Source of the DNA: Fibrobacteria bacterium
GTDB lineage: Bacteria > Fibrobacterota > Fibrobacteria > UBA11236
Assembly (NCBI GenBank): GCA_043745805.1
Contig: JAYTSD010000032.1
Location: 1 to 64,000, forward strand
Length of the DNA: 64,000 bases
Direction: 5' to 3'
Every line of letters begins with the position of its first letter. The stretch's first letter is position 1. This document shows, piece after piece, positions 28,106 through 37,894 of this stretch. The notes beneath the pieces are model-generated. The model made no database searches. It worked only from the letters and a program-made list of their open reading frames with translations, and was not told the DNA's origin. Both the position numbers and the translations under genes were made by a program.

Positions 28106-31100
28106 CTATGCTTTGCCAGCCAGCTTCTTTGCGGCCGCCAGCGGATACATTGCATGAAATTGACCTTGGTACTGCGCCGGCCAAGGATAAGGCGCACCAT
28201 TTTCGGCATACCATTTATTTAATTGCACATCGACTGACGTATCGCCAACTCCTTCAAGGTTATGGATTTTTTTGGTGTAGACCTTACCCGAAGGCCAAGG
28301 CCAACCGTCTTTATAGTCAGTAGCAGCAAGAGTGGGATCATAGCGTAGCCGCCCAGTTACTCCTTTTTCGGGTTTCACATTCCCCAGTGTGCGGTTCATT
28401 TTAGGAACCACATTTGGCATTTTGTACCCATTGGCTTTATCCTTGATCACGGCAGGCTGTGCTTTGACAGTTTCCTGCACCTTAGTGAACTCTTCGGGGA
28501 TGATGTGCGGCAGGAGGCCTTCAAGGTTATACTCCAAAGCTTCTTTGGAGAATTCGAAATGTTGCTCCATGTACCATGCATCGCGAAGCGCGCTTTCCAA
28601 TACCTCCGCAGGGAATCCTGGTGACACGAACTTGGTATAGTCCGAAGGGCAAACTACGTCGGCATAAATGGAGCGGAAGGTGAGATCGCGTTTGGTTTTT
28701 TCTGGAGGATACGGATGAGCCGCGCAATAGCCAAGATAAATACGTGCCCGTACTACATATTCCGCGCTCGAGCGGGCGTCCGCCACAGTTTTTTCGAAAT
28801 AACCTTTGTTGTAGAGTACCGTGAGCAATATTTTGCGTTTCTCTTCTTCAGATAACGCAAGTAATTTTGCTTTATCAGGAAAGAGCTTACCATCACCATT
28901 GGCCAGATTTTCCCAGAACTGTTTGTAGTACTGATCCCAAAAGGCATTTCCCGTATGGAGTCCTGTATCGTAGGGGGTAACTGGCGGAGTAGCAGATGGT
29001 TTCTTGGTACCCCCAGCGAATAGCCCGTCGCGCACTCCATTGGGATATTTCTCTTGCCAGTCATGTAAGGTCTTGAGCGAATTGGTGAAATCGTCCCAGG
29101 CTTGTGACTCTTTTGCGAAAACCCATAACATGCCCGCACCAACTGCTAGTGGCGCACCCAAGCACAATCCGGCATCACTGAGAGCAAAGCGTAAGGCTAT
29201 ATCTGTGAGGCCTTCCCCAAAAACTTTCGAACCATTGGCCACTTCTTCTTTTACAGCACGTTCAATAATTGAGGCCCAATCTGGTTCCACCGTGCCCTTT
29301 AGCTCAATGATCACATTGCCCACTAGGTCCACAGCTGTTCCTTCGACTTGCAATGGTATTATCACATCTTTGAATAAAAATGAACCCACTATTGCGAGTT
29401 GGCCTAGCGCAGCAGCATCTGGCAGCTTGAAGCCGAATTTTCCACCTACAATATCTTTGCCAGCTTTGAGTTTAAATGCATTGAGTTTGAACTCTAATGA
29501 ACCTTGAACCGTACCTTTGGAGTCTCCCCATTGGGCGGGAGCGTCGACCGAAAGCTTGTACCACATCGAGATGTCAGCGACAGTATCTTCAATTTTATCC
29601 GCAGCGAATTTTGATAATTTATCGGCACCGTTATAATCGGTGGTCGAAGCCCATTTGATAAAGCCTAGCGGATTAAAGTTAGCCTTTATACCCCATTCAC
29701 TTTGACCTTTACCCATAATTGCGTCAATATCCCAGGATTCGACGGAAGTGAACTTGGCTTCGATTCCCTTGAACAAGGAACTATCGGTTTTGAGTTCGGC
29801 CTTCTTGTTTATTTCTGGCGCAGTGCTGCCTTCGGGAGGTTTAGTGGGTGCTGCGATGCCGAATTTCTTCGCCTTCTCCGAGGTAAGTCGCACGGCTAGT
29901 GTAGGTTTGATGGTTGCCGAAAGATTTATGGTGGCCCAAGGATCCTTTCCCGGTACCTTCCAGTTTTTCTTTTCGAGTTTGAGTTTTTTGCTAATGAAGT
30001 CTGTAAGAGCTTTAGGTGTAAGAGGTACCGTCCAAGTACCCGCACCGTCCTTATTGTTCCAAGGCGGCAGGAGTTCTACGCCCAAAGGAGGTAAAAGTAA
30101 ATCCTCTAGCCCAGCAGTGTTTACCTGCACGTTACTCTGGCTCTCTACGCTGCGATCCTGAAAGCAAGCAGTGAGGTAATAATGAGTCGCATTGGATTTT
30201 GGTTGAACGGTTAAGGTGCGTGCCATCGCACTTATTTTGGTAAGGAGATGCTTTCCATTACCCGCATCCTCGTATATTTCCACGTCAGTAGCACCTTCTA
30301 CATTCCATGCAAGGTAAACATCAGAATTGCGCGGTACATCGAGGCTATTGCCCTTTTGTGATCCATCAGGAGTAATAGCTTCGAACTTCGTAATTGCTAG
30401 CTCTGCGGTTTCTTTTAGAGTAATGTTTACGGCGCCATAGTATGCATCGGGCGCTGCTGGCTCAACAATAAGTTCAATATAGATTATACCTTCTGGTGTA
30501 TTAATGTCAGCTGAAGTCGGGGTAATCTCCATGCTACCCTTCCATTTGCCATCCACTTTCTTGGTAGCCGAGGTTACATCGCGAACTGAATTCATTTTTT
30601 TACCGAAGGAAATACCCACACCAGTCACATCGCCGGAATCGATTTCCCAATCTAACAATAAGGCCAAGCCAGGCTTTGCGGTAATCTGACCACTGGCGCG
30701 CGAACGTGTTCCGCCATTTTTAGTGTACACCACAAAACTAGCGCTGGTTGCAGGCTTGAGCGGTACTTTAGAATCAATAGATTTAATAGACTTGTTTTCT
30801 AGGCTTTTTGTCTTCTCTAAATCCGGAAACAACACAGTCGCTTCACCAAGAGCAATATCATCCACACGCCCATGGCCTTTATCATTTAATTTCCCATGAA
30901 ACTCTTTACCATCGCTGGCGATTACAATAAAGCTTTCGCCTGCTCTTAGTTTTTGATCTTGACCCAACAAATCAAATTCAACATAGGTAAGTGGCGTTTT
31001 AACCACAGCATTAGTTTGATTAAAATCAGGAAAGACTACTGATGCTTCACCCGTTGCAACAGGTTCTACTCTGGCAAAACCATTTTTATCCAATTGCCCG

Positions 31101-31552
31101 CGAAACATATCTCCGCGACTATCCGTTAGTATATATCGTTCATTTACAAATGGTTTTTTGTTAGTATCGAGTAAAATAATTTCAATAAAAGTGGTTGTTT
31201 TTTTGACTGGGCTATCATCGATTAAATCATCTAAGGTTTCAAAATCCTCAGCAAAGCGCGGAACAAAATTTATGACGGGCAATGGTTTTTCGACCACTAC
31301 CAAAGATTTGATAATTAATAAATGTGATATGCGTTCAAGTAAATCCTCAGTTTTGCTATGCGCTAAAGATTTAGCAATGGATTCCGAAAAAAGTATGCTC
31401 GGAACTTCGCGTAACTTTTCTTCAGGTAATTTTCGTAAAAATCTTTTGATTTCGGAGAGGGTAGCAAAAGACGAGACTACTTCGCCACTTTGTAAATCGC
31501 GCGGCCGAACAAATTCGGTTTTTTGTCGAGCTGCTAAAATAACCGTGCGCAA
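28106..31552 (-). CDS. Large hypothetical protein: two transthyretin-like repeats, Ig-like domains, unknown C-terminal region with a hydrophobic segment
   Basis: TTG start after GGAGG; FIEIILLD..KPF..ERY....G....GQLDKNGFARVE....GEASVVFPD occurs twice; no signal peptide. Confidence 0.7.
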   Translation of the reverse strand: MRTVILAARQKTEFVRPRDLQSGEVVSSFATLSEIKRFLRKLPEEKLREVPSILFSESIAKSLAHSKTEDLLERISHLLIIKSLVVVEKPLPVINFVPRFAEDFETLDDLIDDSPVKKTTTFIEIILLDTNKKPFVNERYILTDSRGDMFRGQLDKNGFARVEPVATGEASVVFPDFNQTNAVVKTPLTYVEFDLLGQDQKLRAGESFIVIASDGKEFHGKLNDKGHGRVDDIALGEATVLFPDLEKTKSLENKSIKSIDSKVPLKPATSASFVVYTKNGGTRSRASGQITAKPGLALLLDWEIDSGDVTGVGISFGKKMNSVRDVTSATKKVDGKWKGSMEITPTSADINTPEGIIYIELIVEPAAPDAYYGAVNITLKETAELAITKFEAITPDGSQKGNSLDVPRNSDVYLAWNVEGATDVEIYEDAGNGKHLLTKISAMARTLTVQPKSNATHYYLTACFQDRSVESQSNVQVNTAGLEDLLLPPLGVELLPPWNNKDGAGTWTVPLTPKALTDFISKKLKLEKKNWKVPGKDPWATINLSATIKPTLAVRLTSEKAKKFGIAAPTKPPEGSTAPEINKKAELKTDSSLFKGIEAKFTSVESWDIDAIMGKGQSEWGIKANFNPLGFIKWASTTDYNGADKLSKFAADKIEDTVADISMWYKLSVDAPAQWGDSKGTVQGSLEFKLNAFKLKAGKDIVGGKFGFKLPDAAALGQLAIVGSFLFKDVIIPLQVEGTAVDLVGNVIIELKGTVEPDWASIIERAVKEEVANGSKVFGEGLTDIALRFALSDAGLCLGAPLAVGAGMLWVFAKESQAWDDFTNSLKTLHDWQEKYPNGVRDGLFAGGTKKPSATPPVTPYDTGLHTGNAFWDQYYKQFWENLANGDGKLFPDKAKLLALSEEEKRKILLTVLYNKGYFEKTVADARSSAEYVVRARIYLGYCAAHPYPPEKTKRDLTFRSIYADVVCPSDYTKFVSPGFPAEVLESALRDAWYMEQHFEFSKEALEYNLEGLLPHIIPEEFTKVQETVKAQPAVIKDKANGYKMPNVVPKMNRTLGNVKPEKGVTGRLRYDPTLAATDYKDGWPWPSGKVYTKKIHNLEGVGDTSVDVQLNKWYAENGAPYPWPAQYQGQFHAMYPLAAAKKLAGKA

Positions 31553-31660
31553 TTTACCTCCTGCTGTGCAATAAGATGTAGCAAATTAAATATTTCCGAC
31601 CACTTTGATTAGCGCCAAAAATAAACAAAATTAAATGGTACAAATTTTATCACAAATGCA

Positions 31661-32656
31661 TCAGTTGAGAAAATCTACTATTCTCGCCAATAATTTGGCA
31701 TGAACCTGAGTGCGATTAACGCCTTTTGCATCGGAAAAGTAACGAGACATAATTAATCGTCCCAGCCAAGTGCCTTCATTGGCATAAACAAAATGTCCCG
31801 CATGGGTTTCGAAGGTTTGTATATGAGGACAGAGAAATGTTATTTGGGATTTCACCCAATCCGAATTAAATATTTCGGATTTTGAGGAGCCTACATAAAG
31901 TAGCGGCGCATTTAAATTTTTGATACTCTCCTCACTAAATCCAGGAAATATGGGAGTGGGATCGAGGAGAATAAATTTTTTGATTCTTTTTTCAGTATAC
32001 AGTTTAGCATTTGCCTCCACATCTTCATTTGAAGGTTTTTCATTTGCAAAAGCTTTTTCTACACGCTTTGCTAAGATATTTTTTGCTTCGCTGCCGTCTG
32101 CCGTATTCATGACTTGTTGAATATCATAGGACAAGCCTGCCAATAAAAGTCCGGTTTGTCCGCCAACACTATGACCGATAAAATAAATTTTACTCGTATC
32201 CACAATGGGTTGAAATGAAGATTTTCTAGCAATAGTCCAATCTATTACTTCTGTTACTACTAATGCGCGTTTCCAAAATCGAAAAAGTTCACCTTCTTTA
32301 AAATCTTCTTTTGCTTGATGATCATGATGTGGCGCGATGACGATATATCCCTTTTGAGCTAAAGCTACGGCCAACCAAGGATAAGAAGTTTCTGTTCCTA
32401 ATATTCCATGAGACAAAATTATTAGGGGGAATTTTTTTTGATCAGGTAATATCGCGTTTTCAATTAAGCTTACTTTTTTCGTAAAAGGTAAGGGGACATA
32501 GCGAACTTCGGTTAAGCCTTGCTGTTGTTTTGTTGGATACCAAGCATGTGCGGAAAATTCATCCGTTTTTATTTTAATATGACCTGCTTCGTAAGCATGG
32601 GAAAAGATGACGAAAAAAAACAAAAAAATAATAGTAGGGGAGAATTTCATTTTCAT
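31661..32656 (-). CDS. Secreted alpha/beta hydrolase (dienelactone hydrolase-like)
   Basis: AWYP, FPLIILSHG, LAQKGYIVIAP, nucleophile elbow GHSVGG, AGHFVY. Confidence 0.88.
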   Translation of the reverse strand: MKMKFSPTIIFLFFFVIFSHAYEAGHIKIKTDEFSAHAWYPTKQQQGLTEVRYVPLPFTKKVSLIENAILPDQKKFPLIILSHGILGTETSYPWLAVALAQKGYIVIAPHHDHQAKEDFKEGELFRFWKRALVVTEVIDWTIARKSSFQPIVDTSKIYFIGHSVGGQTGLLLAGLSYDIQQVMNTADGSEAKNILAKRVEKAFANEKPSNEDVEANAKLYTEKRIKKFILLDPTPIFPGFSEESIKNLNAPLLYVGSSKSEIFNSDWVKSQITFLCPHIQTFETHAGHFVYANEGTWLGRLIMSRYFSDAKGVNRTQVHAKLLARIVDFLN

Positions 32657-33258
32657 TTTTCCTTGGTTTTAATAAAAGTGTTTAATTGATTATAGCAGCT
32701 CATTAAAATATTTTCAGATAAGTCATTTCCTCTTGCGCCACGAGCAAGAATTATTCCTCCTACACAAGTAGACATTAGCGCTGAAAATTCAGGTTCAGTT
32801 ATTTTAAAATTTTCGTCAGAAAATATTTTGCAACGATCGGCTGCATATTTATGAAATTCAATAGCAAATAAAGTCTGCATAGCTTTAGAATTTTTCCCCA
32901 TTTCCGTGGTCATTGCAGGCAATGGACAACCTTGACCGGTTTTGTCATAATCGCGATGTTGGGTACTTAAATAAATTTTAAGAAAAGCGCGTAACTTAGG
33001 AGCTCCACTTAAATTAGAGGGGATTGCTGCTAAGGTTTGTTTCCCTGCCTCTGCAATAGCATATTGAAATGTTTCTGCAACCAAAGCTTCTTTAGATTTG
33101 AAATGCGCATAGAATCCGCCTACCGTGAGGCCCGCTTCTTGCATGACTTTAGCCACACTCCCTGCTTTAATCCCATTTTTCCGCAATAGTTTAGCGCTCG
33201 CGGCTAAAATTTTTTCATGAGTTTCTTGTTTTTGTAGAATCGACATTTGGTTTTCCAT
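32653..33258 (-). CDS. TetR/AcrR-family regulator
   Basis: SVAKVMQEAGLTVGGFYAHFKSKEAL; YLSTQHRD...GCP; ATGA overlap with the hydrolase gene. Confidence 0.93.
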   Translation of the reverse strand: MENQMSILQKQETHEKILAASAKLLRKNGIKAGSVAKVMQEAGLTVGGFYAHFKSKEALVAETFQYAIAEAGKQTLAAIPSNLSGAPKLRAFLKIYLSTQHRDYDKTGQGCPLPAMTTEMGKNSKAMQTLFAIEFHKYAADRCKIFSDENFKITEPEFSALMSTCVGGIILARGARGNDLSENILMSCYNQLNTFIKTKEK

Positions 33259-33290
33259 ATATTATAACTATAATATTATAGTTATAATAT
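33259..33290. promoter_or_regulatory. Perfect 32-bp palindrome, probable TetR operator and promoter
   Basis: ATATTATAACTATAATATTATAGTTATAATAT equals its own reverse complement, abuts the tetR start and contains TATAAT on both strands. Confidence 0.75.
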
Positions 33291-33359
33291 TAAATGATTG
33301 GGTGGGAAAAGATGATTTTTATTTCCTTTACTTTTTATCTTAAATTCTAGGGGTACTTT

Positions 33360-33830
33360 ATGCAAAAAGCAACATTTGGCGCAGGCTGTTTTTGGGGAGT
33401 AGAATTAACCTTTCAAAAAACTCCGGGAGTTTTATCTACGCAAGTGGGTTATACGGGCGGTTGGAAAGAAAGTCCTACCTACAAAGATGTTTGCTATGAA
33501 GACACCGGCCATGCTGAAGTTGTAGAAGTTACTTTTGATCCCTCACAAGTGGATTATAAAACATTATTGGAAATTTTTTGGGAGAATCATAATCCCACCA
33601 CTTTAAATCGCCAAGGCCCTGATACAGGAACGCAATATCGTTCCGCGATATTTTTCCATGATGAAATGCAGAAAAATATTGCTACGGAATCTAAAAATCA
33701 AAAACAGACTTCTGGGAAATACCGTAACCCCATTGTCACTGAAATTGTACCTGCGGTAACTTTTTATCGAGCAGAAGAATATCATCAGCAATATTTGGAA
33801 AAACGTGGTTTAGGTAATTGTCATATTTGA
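33360..33830 (+). CDS. msrA: Peptide methionine sulfoxide reductase MsrA
   Basis: [34 protein letters not shown]. Confidence 0.97.
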   Translation: MQKATFGAGCFWGVELTFQKTPGVLSTQVGYTGGWKESPTYKDVCYEDTGHAEVVEVTFDPSQVDYKTLLEIFWENHNPTTLNRQGPDTGTQYRSAIFFHDEMQKNIATESKNQKQTSGKYRNPIVTEIVPAVTFYRAEEYHQQYLEKRGLGNCHI

Positions 33831-33836
33831 TCCAAT

Positions 33837-33868
33837 AAAAAGGGTGTAGCTAAATTGAGCTTCACCCT
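33837..33868 (-). terminator. Terminator hairpin between convergent genes
   Basis: Minus strand AGGGTGAAGCT-loop-AGCTACACCCT followed by a T run. Confidence 0.65.
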
Positions 33869-33898
33869 AAAAATTAAATTTTATTCAAGTTTTTAAAC

Positions 33899-35602
33899 TT
33901 AATGCGTAAAGTTCGAGGGCGTAAATGATAATTGCGAAATCGTTGGAGACGAAACCAAACTATTTAAATCAATTGCGCGGCGATCTAAATCATTGAATGT
34001 GCGTGTTACCGTAGGAACAACTGGGTCTTGAACGGTTTCTCCTGTTAAAAATCCCGCTAAAACTGCAACTGAAGCGCGAGCTCTAGGATTTACTTGCAAA
34101 AAAGTTGTTCTCACTTCGCGACCATGGCAACCATTGCAAGTATTTAAGGACACTAAGTGACGGGCTTCGTTATTTACAATTCCGGGAGCACTCCAAAAGT
34201 CAATTTGATTTGTGGAGTGGCCGCCACGGAAGGGGACACTATCAAAAACAAGCGGAACAATATTGGTACCAGCTAAGATTTGCGCTTCATTTTGGTTTAC
34301 GTATTTGGCAAATGTAGTACTGTGATTGAATTTATTGGCCGGTGTTTGTTTGGTGTCTACTTGAAAAAATAACCCCGCATCGGCTCTTGGTGCTTTGGCA
34401 ATATTAAATTCACGTAACTCCCAAGGTCCGGCTAAGGCAATTTCATTGGTGCGCATGCGTATGATTTCGCTTCCATTGGCTCTGCCAAAAGCTAATCCAG
34501 CATCGGCTTTCACAACACTTTCGGTAATTTTTTGTAAAGAATCACGGTAAGCGCCAGAATTTAAGGTCATGGTATTAAGATCGACCCACTTTTGTGCATA
34601 GGCTTTAGCCGAAGCAGCATTAGAGCGGTCTACCGCATATTCCATGATAAAAGTGAAATTAGGAATTATTTGACAGGAGCCATCTGCAACTTTAGTATCT
34701 AAGTCAAGCACTCCCCAAACAAACCGTAATTCACCCGCCAAGCCTTCGCCAAAAAATAAATTTTGTCTTAAATCCACACGATTAACAATACCTAATAAGC
34801 GAAAGGGTGCTTTGTTCATTGCCAAGCGGCCAGTATTTCCGCTCGCCCGCAACCAAGGATCAGTAACCCTTGTTCGAATAGCGGCGCGTGCTGGAACGAT
34901 ATCCCCATTTACCGTTAATGAAGTTTCCCATTTAGAGAGAATCGACATGGCTAAGTCATGCGGTGACTTTCCGGTTTTGGAAGTGTTCGCCATTTGAGTT
35001 AATAAATAACCAAAAGTCCATTTTTTTGTTGAGTCCTTTACACTAGTACTTTTACAAGGATCGGAAGTGCGAAAGCTATTATTCACCACGGAAAGATCAC
35101 GGATGAAAAGCGTTTTTTCCGCGTCCAAATTGGTACTCGCGGTTAATGCCGCAGCCGTAAGTTCCGTTGGCGAAGTCGTTGCCAAAGCTTGTACTGAGCT
35201 AGGAGTACCCGATGATTTCAGTTGAACCTGATGATTAACTAATTCATTTAAATCAATATTGATAAGCGCTGAATAAATTCCATCTTTGGCGGCATCATCA
35301 CCTAAACCATCATCATGTAAGGTGACAATTCCTTCTTGATAAATAATATCCAATGCTTTGGGAAGATTCACCTCTTCAAATTGAACCTTGAGCAAGCCCT
35401 TTTCAAGGCCTGATTGAATACCCATTGGGGTTACGGTAACCGAAGATGTCTTGGGAGGGTTTGTCCGTAAATCGCGACCTGGGATTTGTGTGGCTACGGA
35501 TTTTTCTAAAGTAGGAGAGGCGGCCAGCGTATTTAGAGGTAATGAGGATAAGGTACATGCTAAAAGACTGTACTGGAACAAAGATTTTTTTTTGCTAAAC
35601 AT
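33899..35602 (-). CDS. Secreted protein with a choice-of-anchor X-like motif and one CxxCH
   Basis: Signal peptide; LHDDGLGDDAAKDGIYSA; TCNGCH near the C-terminus. Confidence 0.7.
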   Translation of the reverse strand: MFSKKKSLFQYSLLACTLSSLPLNTLAASPTLEKSVATQIPGRDLRTNPPKTSSVTVTPMGIQSGLEKGLLKVQFEEVNLPKALDIIYQEGIVTLHDDGLGDDAAKDGIYSALINIDLNELVNHQVQLKSSGTPSSVQALATTSPTELTAAALTASTNLDAEKTLFIRDLSVVNNSFRTSDPCKSTSVKDSTKKWTFGYLLTQMANTSKTGKSPHDLAMSILSKWETSLTVNGDIVPARAAIRTRVTDPWLRASGNTGRLAMNKAPFRLLGIVNRVDLRQNLFFGEGLAGELRFVWGVLDLDTKVADGSCQIIPNFTFIMEYAVDRSNAASAKAYAQKWVDLNTMTLNSGAYRDSLQKITESVVKADAGLAFGRANGSEIIRMRTNEIALAGPWELREFNIAKAPRADAGLFFQVDTKQTPANKFNHSTTFAKYVNQNEAQILAGTNIVPLVFDSVPFRGGHSTNQIDFWSAPGIVNNEARHLVSLNTCNGCHGREVRTTFLQVNPRARASVAVLAGFLTGETVQDPVVPTVTRTFNDLDRRAIDLNSLVSSPTISQLSFTPSNFTH

Positions 35603-36083
35603 ATTTTTCCTTGGTGTTAGTTATTTTTAATAAAGAATTTCGAATCCAATGCTTTTAGATAACAGAATCCCCCTCTCTTTTTAGAGATGTTCAAATTAAG
35701 GACAAACAAATTTCTAGCGCATACAACGATTAAGTGTTGTATTAAAAACGGAAATTATTTTTAGGCAATCGATTAATGCGAAAGTCTTTTCTTTTTTCAG
35801 TAACCGCGTCAATAATTATTAAGACGAATATCGTTTAGGCTAAGGTAACCAAAAAATATTTATGTTACGGTACCCTAAATTATCAATGTTCGACTTAACT
35901 AACATTAAGATACATCGGTTTTTTAGTTTCGCCACGTTTTTTTTAAATATCACAAAAATTTTTAATTAAAGTCGAGGACAAAAAATCCTCAATTTAGATT
36001 AACTATAATGTTTTTAACGGTAACATATAGGTTAATAAGGTTAAAGTAGGGAATGAATTAACACAGGTGAATAACATGACAAT

Positions 36084-36117
36084 AAAAAAGCGAAGTTCTG
36101 TAAAGAACCTCGCTTTT
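36084..36117 (-). terminator. Rho-independent terminator of ssb
   Basis: Minus strand GCGAGGTTC-TTTACA-GAACTTCGC followed by T6, about 20 nt after the stop. Confidence 0.8.
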
Positions 36118-36138
36118 GGCAAACAAAAATATGTTTGA

Positions 36139-36642
36139 TTAAAATGGCAAATCGTCTTCAGCCATGGGAGGTACACTCGAAGGAGCATAGCTATCCGATT
36201 TTCCGCCACGCGAATAACCGCCGCCATTACCACCATTATTTCCGCCACCATTACTACTAGTGTTGTCATTAGAGCGGAAACTTTCGCCGCCTTGTCCTGC
36301 ACCAGCACCGCCAGGGCGACCTAATAACACCATAGAATCGCCAATGATTTCCGTGGTATAACGTTTTTGTTGATTGGCATCTTCCCAAGAACGGGTTTGC
36401 AAACGCCCTTCAATATAGACTTGGCCGCCTTTATGCAAATATTTTTCGGCGACTTCCGCCAAGCCGCGCCAAAGCACAATATTATGCCATTCGGTTTTGT
36501 CGACTTTTTGTCCATTTTTGTCGGTATAACTTTCGGTTGTAGCGATAGAAAAGTTCGCCACCTTCGCACCAGAGGGGATAGCGCGCACTTCAGGGTCTTT
36601 TCCCAAATTGCCAATAAGCATGACTTTATTTAATGATCCCAT
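36139..36642 (-). CDS. ssb: Single-stranded DNA-binding protein
   Basis: [35 protein letters not shown], Gly-rich linker, DDLPF tail. Confidence 0.98.
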   Translation of the reverse strand: MGSLNKVMLIGNLGKDPEVRAIPSGAKVANFSIATTESYTDKNGQKVDKTEWHNIVLWRGLAEVAEKYLHKGGQVYIEGRLQTRSWEDANQQKRYTTEIIGDSMVLLGRPGGAGAGQGGESFRSNDNTSSNGGGNNGGNGGGYSRGGKSDSYAPSSVPPMAEDDLPF

Positions 36643-36790
36643 TTTTCATTCCTTCTCCCCGGTTTTCACGCAGGGGCAAATTGATTTCGTTTAACAAGTA
36701 TCTCTATTACATAATAAGAGTTTTTGGCCTTCGATTTCCGAGCAGGGTATTTATCTTTGCAGAAACTATCCTTCGAGGAAATTTAACCGT

Positions 36791-37894
36791 ATGAAAAAGT
36801 ACAAAAGTCCGGTCAGCCTCCCCATCGATAGGCTAGATAAAATTTGGCCTGTCGAATTAAAAATGGCGCGTATCGGGGCGGTTTTGCATCCGGCCTCAAT
36901 TTCTGCAAATTTAACGCATAGCGCGGATATTTTAAAAAGCTGGGATGGTAAACTTTTTCATTTGCACGCTTTATTTGGACCGCAACATGGCTATCTCGGT
37001 CAAACGCAAGATAATATGATCGAATGGCGCAGCTATAATCATCCCCAGTGGAATATTCCCGTGCATAGTCTTTATGGCGAGTATCGCGAACCGAGTCCCG
37101 AAATGTTGGCAGGTCTTGATGCTTTAGTGGTCGATATGCAGGATGTTGGCGCACGCTATTACACTTTCATTTGGACTTTATACTTATGCATGAAAGCTTG
37201 TGAAAAGGCCGGCATTCCGGTTGTGGTTTTAGATAGACCTAATCCATTAGGGGTAACTCGTGAAGGACCTCTATTAAATCCGGAGTATCGCTCTTTTGTG
37301 GGATTGCATCCCATTCCCGTGCGTCATGGCAAAACCATTGGTGAACTCGCTTGGCAATTTAAAGCCGAAGCCTTTCCTAAATGCGAAGTGAAAGTACTCA
37401 CAATGGACAATTGGGAAGCGGAAATGTGGTTCGATGAAACGGGTTTACCTTGGGTGTTACCTTCTCCTAATATGCCCACTTTGGATACGGCCATAGTTTA
37501 TCCGGGCATGTGTTTATTTGAGGCGACCAATATTAGTGAAGGACGCGGTACCACCAAGCCTTTCGAATTATTCGGCGCACCTTTTATTGAAGCTAATGTT
37601 TTCGCTAAAAAAATGAATGCTTTAGATTTACCCGGCACTTATTTTCGGGAGGCATATTTTCAACCGACTTTTCACAAATTTAAAGGCGAGCTTTGTGACG
37701 GTTTACAAATTCACGTTTTAGATCGCGATACTTATTTGCCTTATCAAACGGCGATTGAAATTATAAAAATGTTACGTCAGGAATATGGCGAACAATTTCA
37801 ATGGAAACAGCCACCTTATGAATATGAGTATACGCATCTTCCCATAGAAGTTTTAATCGGTGGCCCGGTTCAGGAGGTATTTCCCAATGGCTAA
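36791..37894 (+). CDS. namZ: DUF1343 exo-beta-N-acetylmuramidase NamZ family
   Basis: LFGPQHG, DMQDVGARYYTF, LDRPNP, PSPNMP, SEGRGTTKPFE. Confidence 0.88.
   Translation: MKKYKSPVSLPIDRLDKIWPVELKMARIGAVLHPASISANLTHSADILKSWDGKLFHLHALFGPQHGYLGQTQDNMIEWRSYNHPQWNIPVHSLYGEYREPSPEMLAGLDALVVDMQDVGARYYTFIWTLYLCMKACEKAGIPVVVLDRPNPLGVTREGPLLNPEYRSFVGLHPIPVRHGKTIGELAWQFKAEAFPKCEVKVLTMDNWEAEMWFDETGLPWVLPSPNMPTLDTAIVYPGMCLFEATNISEGRGTTKPFELFGAPFIEANVFAKKMNALDLPGTYFREAYFQPTFHKFKGELCDGLQIHVLDRDTYLPYQTAIEIIKMLRQEYGEQFQWKQPPYEYEYTHLPIEVLIGGPVQEVFPNG

Noticed and set aside
28075-30689. Several 60-170 aa ORFs within the 1148-aa gene, considered as immunity genes
   Set aside because: All are antisense or out-of-frame shadows lying almost wholly inside the long ORF.
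35603-36083. Long AT-rich intergenic region and ORF 36003..36308
   Set aside because: No riboswitch or RNA gene recognised; the ORF is an alternate frame of ssb that crosses its terminator.
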